Positions 48,807 to 60,906 are shown, counted from the stretch's first letter. The stretch: DNA of 64,000 bases from an uncultured Pseudomonadota bacterium (GCA_903921325.1 CAIXPL010000004.1:45744-109743); one strand, 5' to 3'. Notes: generated by a model from the letters alone, not told the origin. Program-made: numbers and translations.

Positions 48807-49886
48807 ATGCTGCCCAGTCATTTTCAGTCGACCGAAATCAATCCTGCGCGCCTGGCCGGGCTGTTCCGCCAGGAGTTCGCGCTCTCGGCAGTCAAAAAGG
48901 GCGAGACTATCGCCGTGGTGTCTGATCTGGGCACCCGACGCGAGTATGTCGAGGCCTCGTTTGCCGCCGCTGATGAGCTCGGCGCTGACATCTACGAGAT
49001 GTGCGTGAACTCGGTGCCGTCCTGGACCAAGGTCGGTGTGCCCACGATAGGCCAATGCAAGGGCACTCTGGAAGCCCTGTGCCAGGTTGACCTGATCGTG
49101 ATTTTTCATGTGCCCCTCTTTGCCAGCTGGCTGCGCACCGTGATGCAAAAAGGCGTTCGCGTGCTGATGATCATCGACGCACCCGATGATCTCGATCAAC
49201 TCATGTCCCCACCAGGTCTCAAGGAAGCACTCAAGTACGCCGACTCGGTCTATAGCGCAGCGCAACGGATACAGGTCACCAGCAAGGCGGGCACTGATTT
49301 CACCTACGAGCGCGGTGAATATCCGACCATGATCCAGTGGGGCTACGCCGATGAGCCCGGTCATTTCGATCACTGGGGCGGCGGGCATATTCACACCTTC
49401 CCCAACGAAGGCAGTGCTACCGGGACGGTCGTGTTCCAACCCGGTGACATCGTCATCCTGCCCTACTGCCGCTATGTGCAGGACCCGGTGCGAGTGACCT
49501 TGCGCGAAGGTCATGTGGTGGATATTCAGGGTGGGCTGGACGCCAAGCTGATGGCCGACTGGCTGGCCGAAGGCAAAACCTCGGCGACCGATCAGGACCC
49601 GTACGCGGTATCCCACCTGGGATGGGGCATGAATCCGCAATCGCGCTGGAACTGGCTGGGCCTTACCAGCGGCAACCCCGAGCGCAATCGCGCCGCGGCG
49701 CGGGTATTTGCCGGCAACTTCCTCTTCAGCACTGGCCCCAACACGCAGGGCGGTGGCAAGCGCACCACCCGCGGGCATTACGATGTGCCGATGCGGGATT
49801 GCACCGTGACCTTGGATGGCAAGGTGGTCATCGAAGAAGGTCAAATCGTTGATGAGCGCATGCGGGTTGCCCGCGTACCGCGTTAG
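48807..49886 (+). CDS. Second NicX-like dioxygenase
   Basis: AGTDF, PGHFDHWGGG, SHLGWGMNP, GNFLFSTG, GHYDVP. Confidence 0.82.
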   Translation: MLPSHFQSTEINPARLAGLFRQEFALSAVKKGETIAVVSDLGTRREYVEASFAAADELGADIYEMCVNSVPSWTKVGVPTIGQCKGTLEALCQVDLIVIFHVPLFASWLRTVMQKGVRVLMIIDAPDDLDQLMSPPGLKEALKYADSVYSAAQRIQVTSKAGTDFTYERGEYPTMIQWGYADEPGHFDHWGGGHIHTFPNEGSATGTVVFQPGDIVILPYCRYVQDPVRVTLREGHVVDIQGGLDAKLMADWLAEGKTSATDQDPYAVSHLGWGMNPQSRWNWLGLTSGNPERNRAAARVFAGNFLFSTGPNTQGGGKRTTRGHYDVPMRDCTVTLDGKVVIEEGQIVDERMRVARVPR

Positions 49887-49909
49887 CAGCGCACGGCATA
49901 CGCACAACA

Positions 49910-50944
49910 ATGAGTGCAACCTCGAATCGACCCGATGCCCAATTGATCGCGGCACTTGAAGCGGCCGACTATCACCCGCTGTGGACCCGCTACAAGCAGA
50001 TCACCCCGATCAAGCCGGCCGCGAAGGACACACCACGGCTGTGGCCCTGGCGTGATTTCGCACCATTTGCCGAACGGGCGGCCAAGGAAGTGCCGATTGA
50101 GGACATCGAGCGGCGCGCGATCATTCTCACCCACCCAGCCTTTGGCGGTGCCACCACCACCACGGCCAATCTGATCGCGGCCTTCACGATACTCGAACCG
50201 GGCGACCATGCCGTGCCGCATCGTCACACCACGGCGGCCATTCGCTTCGCAACCCACGCCGAAGGCGCGGTCACCATCGTCAATGGCCGACGCTGCGAGA
50301 TGCAGCCGGGCGATCTCGTGCTCACGCCGCCCATGTGCTGGCACGGTCACATCAATGAGGGAACGCGGCGCACCTACTGGTTCGATGCAGCCAACATCCC
50401 ACTGATCTGCGGACTCGATGCCAATTTCTTTGAACCCGGCAGCCGCAGTGACGAGCAGTTCTGGAAGGTTGACGAAGGCGATGAGCGCCTGTACGCCGCA
50501 AGCGGCCTGCAAGTGGCAAGCGACGCTGTGCAACCAGCCCCGCTGCAGTCGGGAAAGTATCACTACCCGGGCGTGGCCACCCGCGCCATGCTCGATGCAC
50601 TGCCACGCACAGCCGATGGCGAGCGATCGCTGCGCTATACCAACCCGCAGACCGGCGGCCCGGTGATGGCGACGCTAGACTGTCAGGCAACGCGCCTTGC
50701 CCGGGGTGCGGCTACCCGCGCGCGCCGCGCCACTCATAATGCGATTGCGTTGGTCGTCTCGGGCGAAGGATGTTCAACGGTCGGCGATCAGCGCTTCGAG
50801 TGGCAGCAGGATGATGTGTTCACCATCCCGCACTGGACCTGGGCGAGCCATCAGGCGCGCTCGCCCGAGGCCGACCTGTTCATCGTCTCCGACCGCCCGG
50901 TCTTTGAGGCCCTCGATCTGTTGCGCATCGAACGCGAGGCGTAG
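49910..50944 (+). CDS. Gentisate 1,2-dioxygenase-like bicupin
   Basis: ERRAI, HRHT, GDLVLTPPMCWHGH, YTNPQTG, DVFTIPHW, SDRP. Confidence 0.88.
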   Translation: MSATSNRPDAQLIAALEAADYHPLWTRYKQITPIKPAAKDTPRLWPWRDFAPFAERAAKEVPIEDIERRAIILTHPAFGGATTTTANLIAAFTILEPGDHAVPHRHTTAAIRFATHAEGAVTIVNGRRCEMQPGDLVLTPPMCWHGHINEGTRRTYWFDAANIPLICGLDANFFEPGSRSDEQFWKVDEGDERLYAASGLQVASDAVQPAPLQSGKYHYPGVATRAMLDALPRTADGERSLRYTNPQTGGPVMATLDCQATRLARGAATRARRATHNAIALVVSGEGCSTVGDQRFEWQQDDVFTIPHWTWASHQARSPEADLFIVSDRPVFEALDLLRIEREA

Positions 50945-50952
50945 CGGGCCTG

Positions 50953-53214
50953 TCAACGATTGCGGCGCAATGCCTGCAACTGATCGCGTCCGGCCAGATA
51001 CTGATTGGGCCAAGCCACGTCAGTGACACCCGCATCAGCCGCGGCATGCAGCGTGAAATAGGGGTCAGCCAGATGGGGACGTGCCAGCGCGCACAAGTCG
51101 GCGCGGCCTGATGCAATCAGGGTATTGACCTGATCGGCCGTGGTGATGGCCCCGACCGCCATCGTGGCAATACCGGCCTCGAGGCGGATCTGCTCGGAGA
51201 ACACGGCCTGGTACATGCGGCCATAGACCGGGCTTGAGGCCGGATCGGTCTGCCCGGTGGACACATCAACCAGATCGCACCCGTGCGATTTCAGGAGCCG
51301 GGCAATCTGCACCGAATCCTCGCCGGTCAATCCACCGGGTATCCAATCGGTTGCCGACAATCGCACCGCCATCGGGCGATCAGCGGGCCACAGCGCGCGG
51401 CACGCATCGAATACCTCAAGCGGATAGCGCAGGCGGTTCTCCAGCGTCCCACCATACTCATCGGTGCGCTGGTTGGTAATCGGCGAGATGAAGCTGCCCA
51501 GCAGATAACCGTGTGCCATGTGCACTTCCAGCATGTCAAAGCCGGCCTCGATCGCCATCCGCGTCGCACGCTCGTACTGGCCACGCACCTCATCCATATC
51601 GCCGCGTGTCATCGCGTGCGGGGTCTGCGAGGTAGCGCTGAAATACGGGATGGGCGAGGGGGCGAGCAGCGGCCAGTTGCCCGCGGGCAAAGGCTCATCA
51701 ATGGCCTCCCAAGCCAGTTGGGTTGAGCCTTTGCGTCCGGCGTGTCCCAATTGCAGACAGATCTTCGCCGCGCTCTGACCGTGCACAAAATCAACGATCC
51801 GCCGCCAGGCGGTCACGTGCGCCGGGTCATACATGCCGGCGCAGCCTGGGGTGATGCGTGCCTCGGGTGCCACGCAGGTCATCTCGGTGTAGAGCAGTCC
51901 GGCACCGCCAATCGCCCGCGAGCCATAGTGGACCAGATGCCAGTCGCCCGGTGTGCCATCAACGGCCGAGTACTGGCACATCGGCGACACCACCACCCGA
52001 TTGGCAAGGTGCATCCGGCGCAAGTGAAACGGCGTGAACAGCGGCGGGCGATTGGTGAGCGCGGTTGACTCCTCCACCGCGACTTTTTGATTCCACCACT
52101 GTTCGACTTCGGCAACCACTTTGGGGTCGCGCAGGCGCAGGTTCTCCCAGGTGATCTGCTTGGAGCGTGACAGCAAGGAGAAATTGAACTGCACCGGATC
52201 CATCTTCCAGAAGCGAGCCACGTTCTCGAACCAGACCAGGCTCGTTTGTGCGGCATGCTGGATTTTTTCCACTTCCGGTCGCCGTGCCTGTTCATAGGCG
52301 GCCAGCGCCGCCGGGATATTGCCGGGCGAAGCGATGACCGATTTGTGCAGCGCGATCACATCCTCAAGGGCCAGTTTGGTGCCCGACCCGATTGAATAAT
52401 GCGCGGTGTGGGCGGCATCACCTACCAGCACCGTGTTCTCATGGCTCCAGTGGTCGCAATGAATATTCGGAAAATTGCGCCAATACGAGCGGTTGGTCAG
52501 CACCGGGTGGCCGTGCAACTCGTCAGAAAATAACTTTTCGCAGTACCGCGCTGTGGCCTGCTCATCTTCGATGGTCAAGCCCGATTTGCGAAACGCTTCA
52601 TCGGTGGTCTCAAGGATGACCGTACACTGACCGCGCGTGAACTGGTACGCGTGGATGGCCCAGATACCACACTCGTTTTCCTTGAAGGCAAAGGTGAACC
52701 CCGGCAACGGTGTCTGTGCACCGAGCCAGCAGAACTTGTTCGGACGCAGACTGATGGTCGGTTTGAAGTGGGCCTTCCACGCCTCACGCACCGGACTGTT
52801 CACGCCATCCGAGGCGAGCACCAGATCGGCGTCACGATGGGTCTCGATACCCGCATCACGGGTCTGGTAGCGAATCTCGACGCCCAGACTGCTCGCGCGG
52901 CGCTGCAAAATCTGCAGCAGGGTAAGGCGCTGCAATCCTGAGAAACCGTGCCCCGAGGAGCGCAGCACATGGCCCTTGTAGTGCGTATAGATATCGTCCC
53001 AGTAGGCGAAGTTGGCCGCCACCTCGGCGTGGGTCTGTTCATCTGCCTCACGCAGATTGCCCAGCGTTTCATCGGACAGGACGATGCCAAAGCCGAACGT
53101 GTCATCAGGCCGGTTCTGCTCGAACACGGTGATCTGCGCATCCGGCATGGACTTGCGCATCAGGATCGAAAAGAACAGTCCGGCCGGACCACCGCCGATC
53201 ACATCAACTTTCAT
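50953..53214 (-). CDS. Bifunctional salicylyl-CoA 5-hydroxylase / anthraniloyl-CoA monooxygenase-reductase
   Basis: [31 protein letters not shown]; C-terminal OYE domain [24 protein letters not shown]. Confidence 0.93.
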   Translation of the reverse strand: MKVDVIGGGPAGLFFSILMRKSMPDAQITVFEQNRPDDTFGFGIVLSDETLGNLREADEQTHAEVAANFAYWDDIYTHYKGHVLRSSGHGFSGLQRLTLLQILQRRASSLGVEIRYQTRDAGIETHRDADLVLASDGVNSPVREAWKAHFKPTISLRPNKFCWLGAQTPLPGFTFAFKENECGIWAIHAYQFTRGQCTVILETTDEAFRKSGLTIEDEQATARYCEKLFSDELHGHPVLTNRSYWRNFPNIHCDHWSHENTVLVGDAAHTAHYSIGSGTKLALEDVIALHKSVIASPGNIPAALAAYEQARRPEVEKIQHAAQTSLVWFENVARFWKMDPVQFNFSLLSRSKQITWENLRLRDPKVVAEVEQWWNQKVAVEESTALTNRPPLFTPFHLRRMHLANRVVVSPMCQYSAVDGTPGDWHLVHYGSRAIGGAGLLYTEMTCVAPEARITPGCAGMYDPAHVTAWRRIVDFVHGQSAAKICLQLGHAGRKGSTQLAWEAIDEPLPAGNWPLLAPSPIPYFSATSQTPHAMTRGDMDEVRGQYERATRMAIEAGFDMLEVHMAHGYLLGSFISPITNQRTDEYGGTLENRLRYPLEVFDACRALWPADRPMAVRLSATDWIPGGLTGEDSVQIARLLKSHGCDLVDVSTGQTDPASSPVYGRMYQAVFSEQIRLEAGIATMAVGAITTADQVNTLIASGRADLCALARPHLADPYFTLHAAADAGVTDVAWPNQYLAGRDQLQALRRNR

Positions 53215-53304
53215 GATTCCCCCTGACCTGACCACGCCGGCTGTGCGGCGCAGGATCGTTGCTGTAGGCTACGCTGTATATCACAACCCGTTTCGGACCT
53301 GCTG

Positions 53305-55002
53305 ATGCCTGTCAACAAGCCGCGATCACGCCTGACGGTTGAAGGAATGGACCGTACCCCGCACCGGACTTTTCTGCGTGCGATGGGTCTCGATGAGGAG
53401 GCGATGGCACGCCCGTTTGTCGGCGTGGTGAGCACTCAAGGCGAGAACACGCCCTGTTCACTTGGTCTGAAAACCCAGACCGAGGCGGCCAAGACCGGCG
53501 TGGTCATGGGCGGTGGCTGGCCGTTTGAATTCACCACCGTGTCGGTGTCCGACGGCCTGTCGATGAACCATCGCGGCATGCGCATGAGCCTGGTGTCACG
53601 CGAATTGATTGCCGATTCGGTCGAAGCGGTGGTGCGCGGTCATGCCTACGATGCCCTGGTTGGCTTCGGTGGCTGCGACAAGACCCTGCCCGGATTGATG
53701 ATGGCCATGGTGCGGCTGAACTGTCCCAGCGTGTTCATGTATGGCGGGGCCATGCTGCCGGGCCAATGGCGCGGCGCACCAGTGAGTACCGTCAATGCCT
53801 ATGAGGGCATCGGCGCGGTGATCGCCGGAACAATGAGCGAGGCCGATCTCGCGAGCATGGAGGTGGCCTGTTCACCCACCGTGGGTGCCTGCCCCGGGCA
53901 GTTCACCGCCAACACCATGGCAATGGTGTCGGAGACTCTGGGGCTTGCCCTGCCGGGCACGGCAATGATGCCGGCCGTATTCAGCGAGCGGCTGGCGCTC
54001 GCGCGTGCCAGCGGACAGGCGGTGGTGCGTATTCTCGATGGTCACGGCCCCCTGCCGCGCGATCTGGTGACCCGCAAAAGCCTGGAGAACGCCTGCGCTG
54101 CCGTTGCCGCCACCGGCGGCTCGACCAACGCCGGATTGCATCTGCCGGCCATCGCGCATGAAGCCGGCATCGTGTTCACTCTGGATGATGTCGCGGCGGT
54201 GTTTCAGCGCACGCCGCTGATAGCCGACTTGCAACCCGGTGGCCGCTACCTGGCCCGCGACCTGCACTACGCAGGCGGCGTGCAGGCGGTGCTGCGCGCC
54301 CTGCTCGATGGGGGCTATCTGCATGGCGATGCCCTCACCCTGTCAGGCGCCACACTGGCGCAATCCCTTGCCACAGCGCCCGGTCCGGATGGCGCGGTGG
54401 TACGCGCTACCGATCAGGCCCTGCATGCTACGGGCGGTGTCGTGGTGTTAAAAGGTACTCTTGCGCCGCAGGGCGCGCTGGTAAAAATCGCCGGCCTCAA
54501 AACACTGGTCTTTGAAGGTCCGGCACGAGTGTTTGAGTGCGAGGAGGATTGCACCCAGGCTGTGCGCGAGCGCGCCTATGCCGCAGGCGATGTACTCATC
54601 ATCCGCAACGAAGGACCGGTCGGTGGCCCGGGCATGCGCGAGATGCTGGGCACCACCGCCCTCATCTACGGTCAGGGCATGGGCGAACAGGTTGCCCTGA
54701 TCACCGATGGCCGTTTCTCCGGCGCAACTCGTGGCCTGTGCATCGGCTATGTGGGTCCGGAAGCGGCCGCCGGCGGGCCGCTGGCCCTGGTGGTCGACGG
54801 CGACCGGGTGCGCATCGACTGCGCGCAGGCACGCCTTGATCTGCTGGTGAGCGAGGATGAACTGGCGCGACGCGCGCTCCACTGGACACCGAATTTGCGC
54901 CAACCGCTGGCCGGTGTACTGGAAAAATATGCCCGGCTGGTGGGCCCTGCGTACCTGGGTGCAGTCACGCACAGCGGGAATATGGCGTGGCCCGAAGGCT
55001 AA
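53305..55002 (+). CDS. ilvD: Dihydroxy-acid dehydratase (IlvD/Edd family); substrate uncertain
   Basis: [36 protein letters not shown]. Confidence 0.85.
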   Translation: MPVNKPRSRLTVEGMDRTPHRTFLRAMGLDEEAMARPFVGVVSTQGENTPCSLGLKTQTEAAKTGVVMGGGWPFEFTTVSVSDGLSMNHRGMRMSLVSRELIADSVEAVVRGHAYDALVGFGGCDKTLPGLMMAMVRLNCPSVFMYGGAMLPGQWRGAPVSTVNAYEGIGAVIAGTMSEADLASMEVACSPTVGACPGQFTANTMAMVSETLGLALPGTAMMPAVFSERLALARASGQAVVRILDGHGPLPRDLVTRKSLENACAAVAATGGSTNAGLHLPAIAHEAGIVFTLDDVAAVFQRTPLIADLQPGGRYLARDLHYAGGVQAVLRALLDGGYLHGDALTLSGATLAQSLATAPGPDGAVVRATDQALHATGGVVVLKGTLAPQGALVKIAGLKTLVFEGPARVFECEEDCTQAVRERAYAAGDVLIIRNEGPVGGPGMREMLGTTALIYGQGMGEQVALITDGRFSGATRGLCIGYVGPEAAAGGPLALVVDGDRVRIDCAQARLDLLVSEDELARRALHWTPNLRQPLAGVLEKYARLVGPAYLGAVTHSGNMAWPEG

Positions 55003-55155
55003 GCCCTGTCGGGGCGGTGCGGCCCGGGCGAGATGGCCACTCGGCCTCGGCTGTCCTGGCTGCCCCGAATAGCCGGGGGTGTCTATCCCGACCCGCCGCT
55101 GGGCTACAATCCGCGCGGCCGGGAAATTGAACCCACAGAGCGTCGCCAATCCACC

Positions 55156-56076
55156 ATGTCAGGTTTGTTTCTATTCGAACAGGGACTCAACGGACTGCAG
55201 TTCGGGCTGATGCTATTCCTGCTGGCCGCCGGTCTCACGCTGGTGTTCGGCATCATGGACATGATCAACCTGGCGCACGGCTCGCTCTACATGCTGGGGG
55301 CCTATCTGACTGCGTCTATTGCCGAGGCCAGTGGCTCATTTCTGATCGCCGTACCCATTGCATTGGTCGCCACCGCGCTGATCGGGATGGCCCTCGAGCT
55401 GGCCGTACTACGCAAACTCTATGCGCGCGACCACATGTCGCAGGTGCTCGCCACCTTCGCCATCATCCTGATTGCCAATGACGCGGTGCGCATGATCTGG
55501 GGCGCGCAGCCGGTCTCGCTCAATACGCCCGCCGCATTGTCAGGCCCGATCGATCTGTTCCCCGGCATGAGCTATTCGGCCTATCGACTCACCATCATCG
55601 TGGTCGGTTTGATCGTGGCTGCGCTGCTCTATCTTCTGGTGACCCGTACGCGCACCGGCATGCTGGTGCGCGCCGGCGCCTCCAACCGCGAAATGGCCAC
55701 CGCAATGGGGGTCAACATCAAACTGCTGTTTACCTGCGTCTTCGGCTTTGGCGCCGCCCTGTGCGCACTGGCCGGCGCCATGCTCGGTCCAATCCTCGCC
55801 GTTCAGGTGGGTATGGGGGAGGACATCCTGATTCTTGCATTTGTTGTCATTGTCATCGGCGGCATAGGCTCGATCCGTGGCGCCTTGGTGGGCGCTTTGC
55901 TCGTGGGCGTGGTCGACACCATGGGTCGCACCTTTCTACCCATGATATTGCGGGCGATCTTCTCGCCAGTGGTCGCCTCCAACGCGGGGCCGGCGCTCGC
56001 CTCGATCCTGATCTATGTGTTGATGGCCGCGGTGCTGTTCTGGCGCCCGCAAGGCCTGTTCCCGGCGCGGGGCTAG
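55156..56076 (+). CDS. livH: Branched-chain amino acid-type ABC permease
   Basis: GLTLVFG..INLAHG, GGIGSIRGA, RPQGLF. Confidence 0.9.
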   Translation: MSGLFLFEQGLNGLQFGLMLFLLAAGLTLVFGIMDMINLAHGSLYMLGAYLTASIAEASGSFLIAVPIALVATALIGMALELAVLRKLYARDHMSQVLATFAIILIANDAVRMIWGAQPVSLNTPAALSGPIDLFPGMSYSAYRLTIIVVGLIVAALLYLLVTRTRTGMLVRAGASNREMATAMGVNIKLLFTCVFGFGAALCALAGAMLGPILAVQVGMGEDILILAFVVIVIGGIGSIRGALVGALLVGVVDTMGRTFLPMILRAIFSPVVASNAGPALASILIYVLMAAVLFWRPQGLFPARG

Positions 56077-56079
56077 CCG

Positions 56080-57030
56080 ATGCCACGCATCCTGCCCTGG
56101 GTAGCCCTTGCACTGGCGATTGCCTTTCCGCTGGTAGCCGAGCAGTTCGATCTGGGCTTCTATGTAAGCTTTGCCAGCCGCGTAATGATCTACGCGATCG
56201 CCGCAACCAGCCTGAACCTGATTCTGGGCTATGGCGGCATGGTGAGCTTCGGTCACGCGGCGTTCTTCGGGGCTGGCGCCTATACCGTGGCGATCGCAAT
56301 GACCTACGGCCTCGATTCGGCATGGCTCGCCTGGCCACTGGCCATGCTGGTGGCGGCGGCTGTCGCGCTGCTGATCGGTGCGCTGTCGCTGCGCACGCGT
56401 GGGGTCTATTTCATCATGATCACGCTCGCGTTCGCGCAAATGATGTTCTATGTATTTATCGGCCTGAAGGCCTATGGCGGTGAAGAAGGACTCAATCTGC
56501 CGCATCGCTCGGTGATCGGCTTCGGTCTCAACCTGAAAGACGATGCAAGCTTCTACTACGTGGTGCTCGCCCTGCTGGTCGGCACGCTCGTGCTGTTGCA
56601 GCGTCTGGTCAATGCACGCTTTGGTCGCGTGCTGCAGGCCATACGCGAGAACGAATCGCGCATGGAAACCATTGGTTATGCGACCTATCGCTACAAACTG
56701 TGCGCCTTTGTGATTGCCGGCACGGTGTGCGGACTGGCCGGTGCGCTGATCGCCAATCAGACCCGCTATGTGAATCCGAACCTGATGCACTGGGTGATAT
56801 CGGGTGACATGATGATCATGATCATCCTGGGCGGACTCGCCTATCGCTATGGCGGCCTGCTGGGTGCGATCGTCATGCTCGTACTCGATGAAGCGATTTC
56901 GCCCTACACCACCTATTCCAAGTTTGTCATCGGTTTTGTGCTGCTCGCGGTGGTCCTGTTTGCACCGCGCGGTCTTGCTGCCTTGTTCGATCGCAAGACA
57001 GCCACCCAGCCTGCAAAGGCGGTGCCATGA
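56080..57030 (+). CDS. livM: Branched-chain amino acid-type ABC permease
   Basis: GYGGMVSFGHAAFFG, RGVYFIMITLAF, AIRENE. Confidence 0.9.
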   Translation: MPRILPWVALALAIAFPLVAEQFDLGFYVSFASRVMIYAIAATSLNLILGYGGMVSFGHAAFFGAGAYTVAIAMTYGLDSAWLAWPLAMLVAAAVALLIGALSLRTRGVYFIMITLAFAQMMFYVFIGLKAYGGEEGLNLPHRSVIGFGLNLKDDASFYYVVLALLVGTLVLLQRLVNARFGRVLQAIRENESRMETIGYATYRYKLCAFVIAGTVCGLAGALIANQTRYVNPNLMHWVISGDMMIMIILGGLAYRYGGLLGAIVMLVLDEAISPYTTYSKFVIGFVLLAVVLFAPRGLAALFDRKTATQPAKAVP

Positions 57031-57794
57031 GCAAGAGCGTGCTCGAGGTGCGCGGCTTGTGTAAGCGCTTTGGCGGTCTGGTGGCCACCGATCAGGTCGA
57101 TCTCGCGGTCCATTCTGGCGAAGTGCATGCGCTAATCGGACCCAATGGAGCAGGCAAGACCACGCTTGTCCATCAACTCTCGGGCACGCTGCCCCCTGAT
57201 TCAGGCGACATCCTGTTCAAGGGCCAGGTGGTCACGCGCATGAGTGCGCATGCGCGCGCATTGCGCGGCCTGGTGCGCTCATACCAGATCACCAGCATTT
57301 TTCGCAGCCACAGCGTGATCGACAATATCGTGCTCGCGGTACAGGCCCGCTCCGGGTCGAGCTTTCGCTACTGGCGACCGGTCAGTGCTGAGCGCGCGCT
57401 CTATACCGAGGCCACGAGCATACTTGAGCGCATCGGTCTGCAGGACAAGGCTGCTACCCGTGCTGCGATTCTGGCGCATGGCGAGCAACGCCAGCTGGAA
57501 CTCGGGCTGGCTCTGGCCACCAAGCCCTCGATGCTGCTGCTCGATGAGCCTATGGCGGGCATGGGTCCGGAGGAGTCTGAGCGCTTGATCCCCCTGATTG
57601 CCAGCCTGCGCGGTGAACTGTCGATTCTGCTCATCGAGCACGATATGGGCGCGGTGTTTCGTCTGGCCGACCGCATTTCGGTGTTGGTATCGGGCCGTGT
57701 GATCGCGACCGGCGTGCCGGACCAGATCCGTGCAAATCCGGACGTGCGGCGCGCTTATCTGGGCGATGACATGCCAGGGCAGGTGATCGCATGA
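57027..57794 (+). CDS. livG: Branched-chain amino acid-type ABC ATPase
   Basis: GPNGAGKTT, LLDEPMAG, IEHD, AYLG. Confidence 0.92.
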   Translation: MSKSVLEVRGLCKRFGGLVATDQVDLAVHSGEVHALIGPNGAGKTTLVHQLSGTLPPDSGDILFKGQVVTRMSAHARALRGLVRSYQITSIFRSHSVIDNIVLAVQARSGSSFRYWRPVSAERALYTEATSILERIGLQDKAATRAAILAHGEQRQLELGLALATKPSMLLLDEPMAGMGPEESERLIPLIASLRGELSILLIEHDMGAVFRLADRISVLVSGRVIATGVPDQIRANPDVRRAYLGDDMPGQVIA

Positions 57795-58504
57795 GCACGC
57801 CACTGCTTGAAGTCACCGGTCTGCAAACTGCCTATGGGTCAAGCCAGGTGCTGTTTGGAATCGACCTCACGATCGCTGCGGGCGAAGTGGCGACCCTGCT
57901 CGGGCGCAATGGCATGGGCAAGACCACGACCCTGCGCTCGATCACCGGATTGACGCGGGCGCGCGCCGGTTCGATTCGCTTTCGCGGCACGGCGATTGAA
58001 TCGCTGGCCGCGGACCGCATCGCGCGCATGGGCGTGGCACTGGTCCCCGAGGGTCGGCAGATATTTCCGAACTTGAGCGTGCGCGAGAATCTGGTGGCCT
58101 TTGCCGCCAATCGCAACGGCACGCAGGCGCCGTGGACGCTCGATCGCGTGTTCGAGTTCTTTCCGCGTCTGGCCGAGCGTGCGAGCAACATGGGCAACCA
58201 GCTATCGGGCGGCGAGCAGCAGATGCTTGCGATCGGCCGCGCGCTGATGACCAATCCTCACCTGCTCATCCTCGATGAGGCCACCGAAGGGCTTGCCCCT
58301 CTGGTACGTGAGGAAATCTGGCGCTGCCTGAGTGCACTCAAAGGCAGTGGTCAGACCATTCTGGTAATCGACAAGTATGTCGAGCGACTGATCCAGATCG
58401 CCGACCATCACACGATCATCGAGCGTGGACGGGTGGCATGGCATGGCTCATCGGCGGCGCTCGATGCCGATCATGACCTGTGGCATCGCTATCTCGGGGT
58501 CTAG
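57791..58504 (+). CDS. livF: Branched-chain amino acid-type ABC ATPase
   Basis: [34 protein letters not shown]. Confidence 0.92.
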   Translation: MSTPLLEVTGLQTAYGSSQVLFGIDLTIAAGEVATLLGRNGMGKTTTLRSITGLTRARAGSIRFRGTAIESLAADRIARMGVALVPEGRQIFPNLSVRENLVAFAANRNGTQAPWTLDRVFEFFPRLAERASNMGNQLSGGEQQMLAIGRALMTNPHLLILDEATEGLAPLVREEIWRCLSALKGSGQTILVIDKYVERLIQIADHHTIIERGRVAWHGSSAALDADHDLWHRYLGV

Positions 58505-59283
58505 TGGCCCCGCAGTGTCTTCAACCAGCCCAAGCCAGCGCGGGTTCCTGAGCGTGGCCGATATTCGCAGCCGATCCAGCCTTGATAGCCCAGTTCATCG
58601 ATCAAGCGGAATAGATACGGGTAGTTGATTTCGCCATCGTCGGGTTCGTGACGACCCGGTACCCCGGCAATTTGCATGTGACCGATGAGCGGCATTTGAT
58701 CGCGGATACGGGTGGCCAGATCACCTTCGACGATCTGGCAGTGATACAGATCCATTTGCACGTGCAGATTGTCCGCTCCCACTTCAGTCACGATGGCGCG
58801 CGCTTCGGCCTGTGTGTTCAGAAAATATCCGGGAATGTCACGCGGGTTGATCGGTTCGATGGTGATCATGAGACCGGCGGCCCGCGCCGCCTGTGCCGCC
58901 GCGCGCAAATTGGTCACGTAAGTTTCGCGCATGCGCACGCGATCGGCGCCCGCCGGCGCAATGCCGGCGAGCAGGTGAATGCGCGGGCAATGCAGTATTC
59001 GGGCCGCCTCAATCGCCTGCGCAAACAGTGCCTGACATTGCAGCTCGCGGCCCGGCAGCGCGGCCAGACCGCGCTCCCCCGATTCCCAATCACCCGGTGC
59101 GCAATTGAACAGCACCTGTTGCAGTTGATGCGTGCGCAACCGGGCAGCCACGGCGTTGAGGTCGAGCCCGGTCGGAAACAACCACTCAACGGCCGCAAAG
59201 CCATCTTCCGCGGCAAGCGCAAATCGTTCCAGAAAAGGCACCTCGGTATACATGAACGACAGGTTCGCAGCAAAGCGGGGCAT
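58501..59283 (-). CDS. hyi: Hydroxypyruvate / 2-oxo-tetronate isomerase family protein
   Basis: [29 protein letters not shown]. Confidence 0.9.
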   Translation of the reverse strand: MPRFAANLSFMYTEVPFLERFALAAEDGFAAVEWLFPTGLDLNAVAARLRTHQLQQVLFNCAPGDWESGERGLAALPGRELQCQALFAQAIEAARILHCPRIHLLAGIAPAGADRVRMRETYVTNLRAAAQAARAAGLMITIEPINPRDIPGYFLNTQAEARAIVTEVGADNLHVQMDLYHCQIVEGDLATRIRDQMPLIGHMQIAGVPGRHEPDDGEINYPYLFRLIDELGYQGWIGCEYRPRSGTRAGLGWLKTLRGH

Positions 59284-59332
59284 GAGCGCTCCAGAGTCAG
59301 ACGGTAACGGGTGAGGCTAGCAACGATACGCC

Positions 59333-59401
59333 GTGTGTCGTGCCCTGTGTGTCGTGCCCTGTGTGTCGTGCCCTGTGTGTCGTGCCCTGTGTGTCGTGCC
59401 C
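59333..59401. repeat. 14-bp tandem repeat (GTGTGTCGTGCCCT), 5 copies
   Basis: Near-perfect array in a divergent intergenic region. Confidence 0.95.
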
Positions 59402-59592
59402 GATCTGGCATGCGTGCCAAGTCGTTCGCGGGGCGGTGCGGGGGCAAGGCGCAGGCAAGGCCGCGGCACGCCAGATCTCATCCTTTCGATTCGAATCGAC
59501 CGGCGCACCGCGTGCTACACCACGTTCTGCCAGGTTTCTACGCTCTGGTATCCTCATCGTTCGAGTCGAGCCGATCGTAAGGAGGGGCCGCC

Positions 59593-60906
59593 ATGCCCAG
59601 AGACGCAGAGAGTGATATTCGCAGCCTGGTCGAACCGGACCGGGTGCATCGCCGGGCCTATAGCGATCCGGATATTTTTGAACGCGAAATCGCTCAGATC
59701 TTCGAGAAAACCTGGATCTACGCCGGGCACGAGACACAAGTACCCAATCCCGGTGATTACTGGCAGTTCCAGATCGGTCGGCAACCACTCGTGATGGTGC
59801 GCGGCAACGGCGATGAGATCCATGTGCTGTACAACCGCTGTCCGCATCGCGGGGTGCAGGTCTGTGGCAGTCGCCATGGCAATGGTGGTGACGCACTCAC
59901 CTGCCCGTATCACGCCTGGCGTTTTCATTACGACGGTTCGCTTGAATCGGTGCCGCTTGAGGCGGGCTATCGCGACACGCGGTTTGCCGCAAACAAGGGC
60001 GACTTCGGCATGAAGCGGGTCGCACGGGTACAGCGCTATCGTGGCTTTGTATTCGCGAGTCTGGATCCGCGTGGCCCTGATCTGGTCGAATGGCTGGGCG
60101 AGGCCAGGGTCGCCTTCGATGATATTTGCGATCGCTCACCGGTGGGCCGGGTCGAGGTGGTGCCAAACTGCTTTCGTGTCATTCAGCGGTCGAACTGGAA
60201 GTTCTTCATGGAGAACCAGCTCGACGCGGTGCACCCTTCCGTCACCCATATGTCGACCGGTTATGCTGCGGCTGAAGTCGAGCGCAAACTGAAACGCGAA
60301 ACGGGCAGCCAGCCCCTGCACTATCACTACCTGTCGGCCTTCACGACGCCATTTGAGAAGTGGGACCAGCTTGAGACGGCCGGCTATCCCTATGGCCATA
60401 CGACCCTCGGTGGCTATATGGGCCTGCGCCCGAGCGATCCTGACACCTTGGCGCACGAGAAGATCCTCGCCCAAGCCTACGGTGAGCAACGCAAGGAAGA
60501 AATCCTTGGGCGCAATATCCACCATGTGCTGATCTACCCATCGATCTCCGTGCAATCGCCCTTGCAGCAATTGCGCGCGATACGACCGATCAGCCATAAC
60601 CGCACCTTGTCGGAGATCTGGCATTTCCGCCTGGTCGGGGCACCTGAGGCGATCTACCGGCGTTCGCTGTGGTACTACAACCTGGTGAATTCACCGGCCA
60701 CCATGATCAATGCCGATGACCTGGAGAACTGGCAGCGCGGCCAGTTCGGTCTGTCCTCCGATGGTGGCGACTGGGTGAGCTTTCATCGTGACTACGGTCG
60801 TGACACCGACGCCAATGGCGAGCTGCATTCGACCAATGGTTGCAGCGAGCTACCGATGCGCGCGCAGTTTCGCGCCTGGGTCAACTATCTCACTGCCACG
60901 GAGTAA
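59593..60906 (+). CDS. Rieske ring-hydroxylating oxygenase, alpha subunit
   Basis: NRCPHRG...CPYH, ENQLDAVHPSVTH, DDLE; AGGAGG SD. Confidence 0.95.
   Translation: MPRDAESDIRSLVEPDRVHRRAYSDPDIFEREIAQIFEKTWIYAGHETQVPNPGDYWQFQIGRQPLVMVRGNGDEIHVLYNRCPHRGVQVCGSRHGNGGDALTCPYHAWRFHYDGSLESVPLEAGYRDTRFAANKGDFGMKRVARVQRYRGFVFASLDPRGPDLVEWLGEARVAFDDICDRSPVGRVEVVPNCFRVIQRSNWKFFMENQLDAVHPSVTHMSTGYAAAEVERKLKRETGSQPLHYHYLSAFTTPFEKWDQLETAGYPYGHTTLGGYMGLRPSDPDTLAHEKILAQAYGEQRKEEILGRNIHHVLIYPSISVQSPLQQLRAIRPISHNRTLSEIWHFRLVGAPEAIYRRSLWYYNLVNSPATMINADDLENWQRGQFGLSSDGGDWVSFHRDYGRDTDANGELHSTNGCSELPMRAQFRAWVNYLTATE

Noticed and set aside
59333-59401. Tandem arrays (also 7491, 6566, 62462) as CRISPR
   Set aside because: Units are contiguous with no unique spacers, and there are no cas genes
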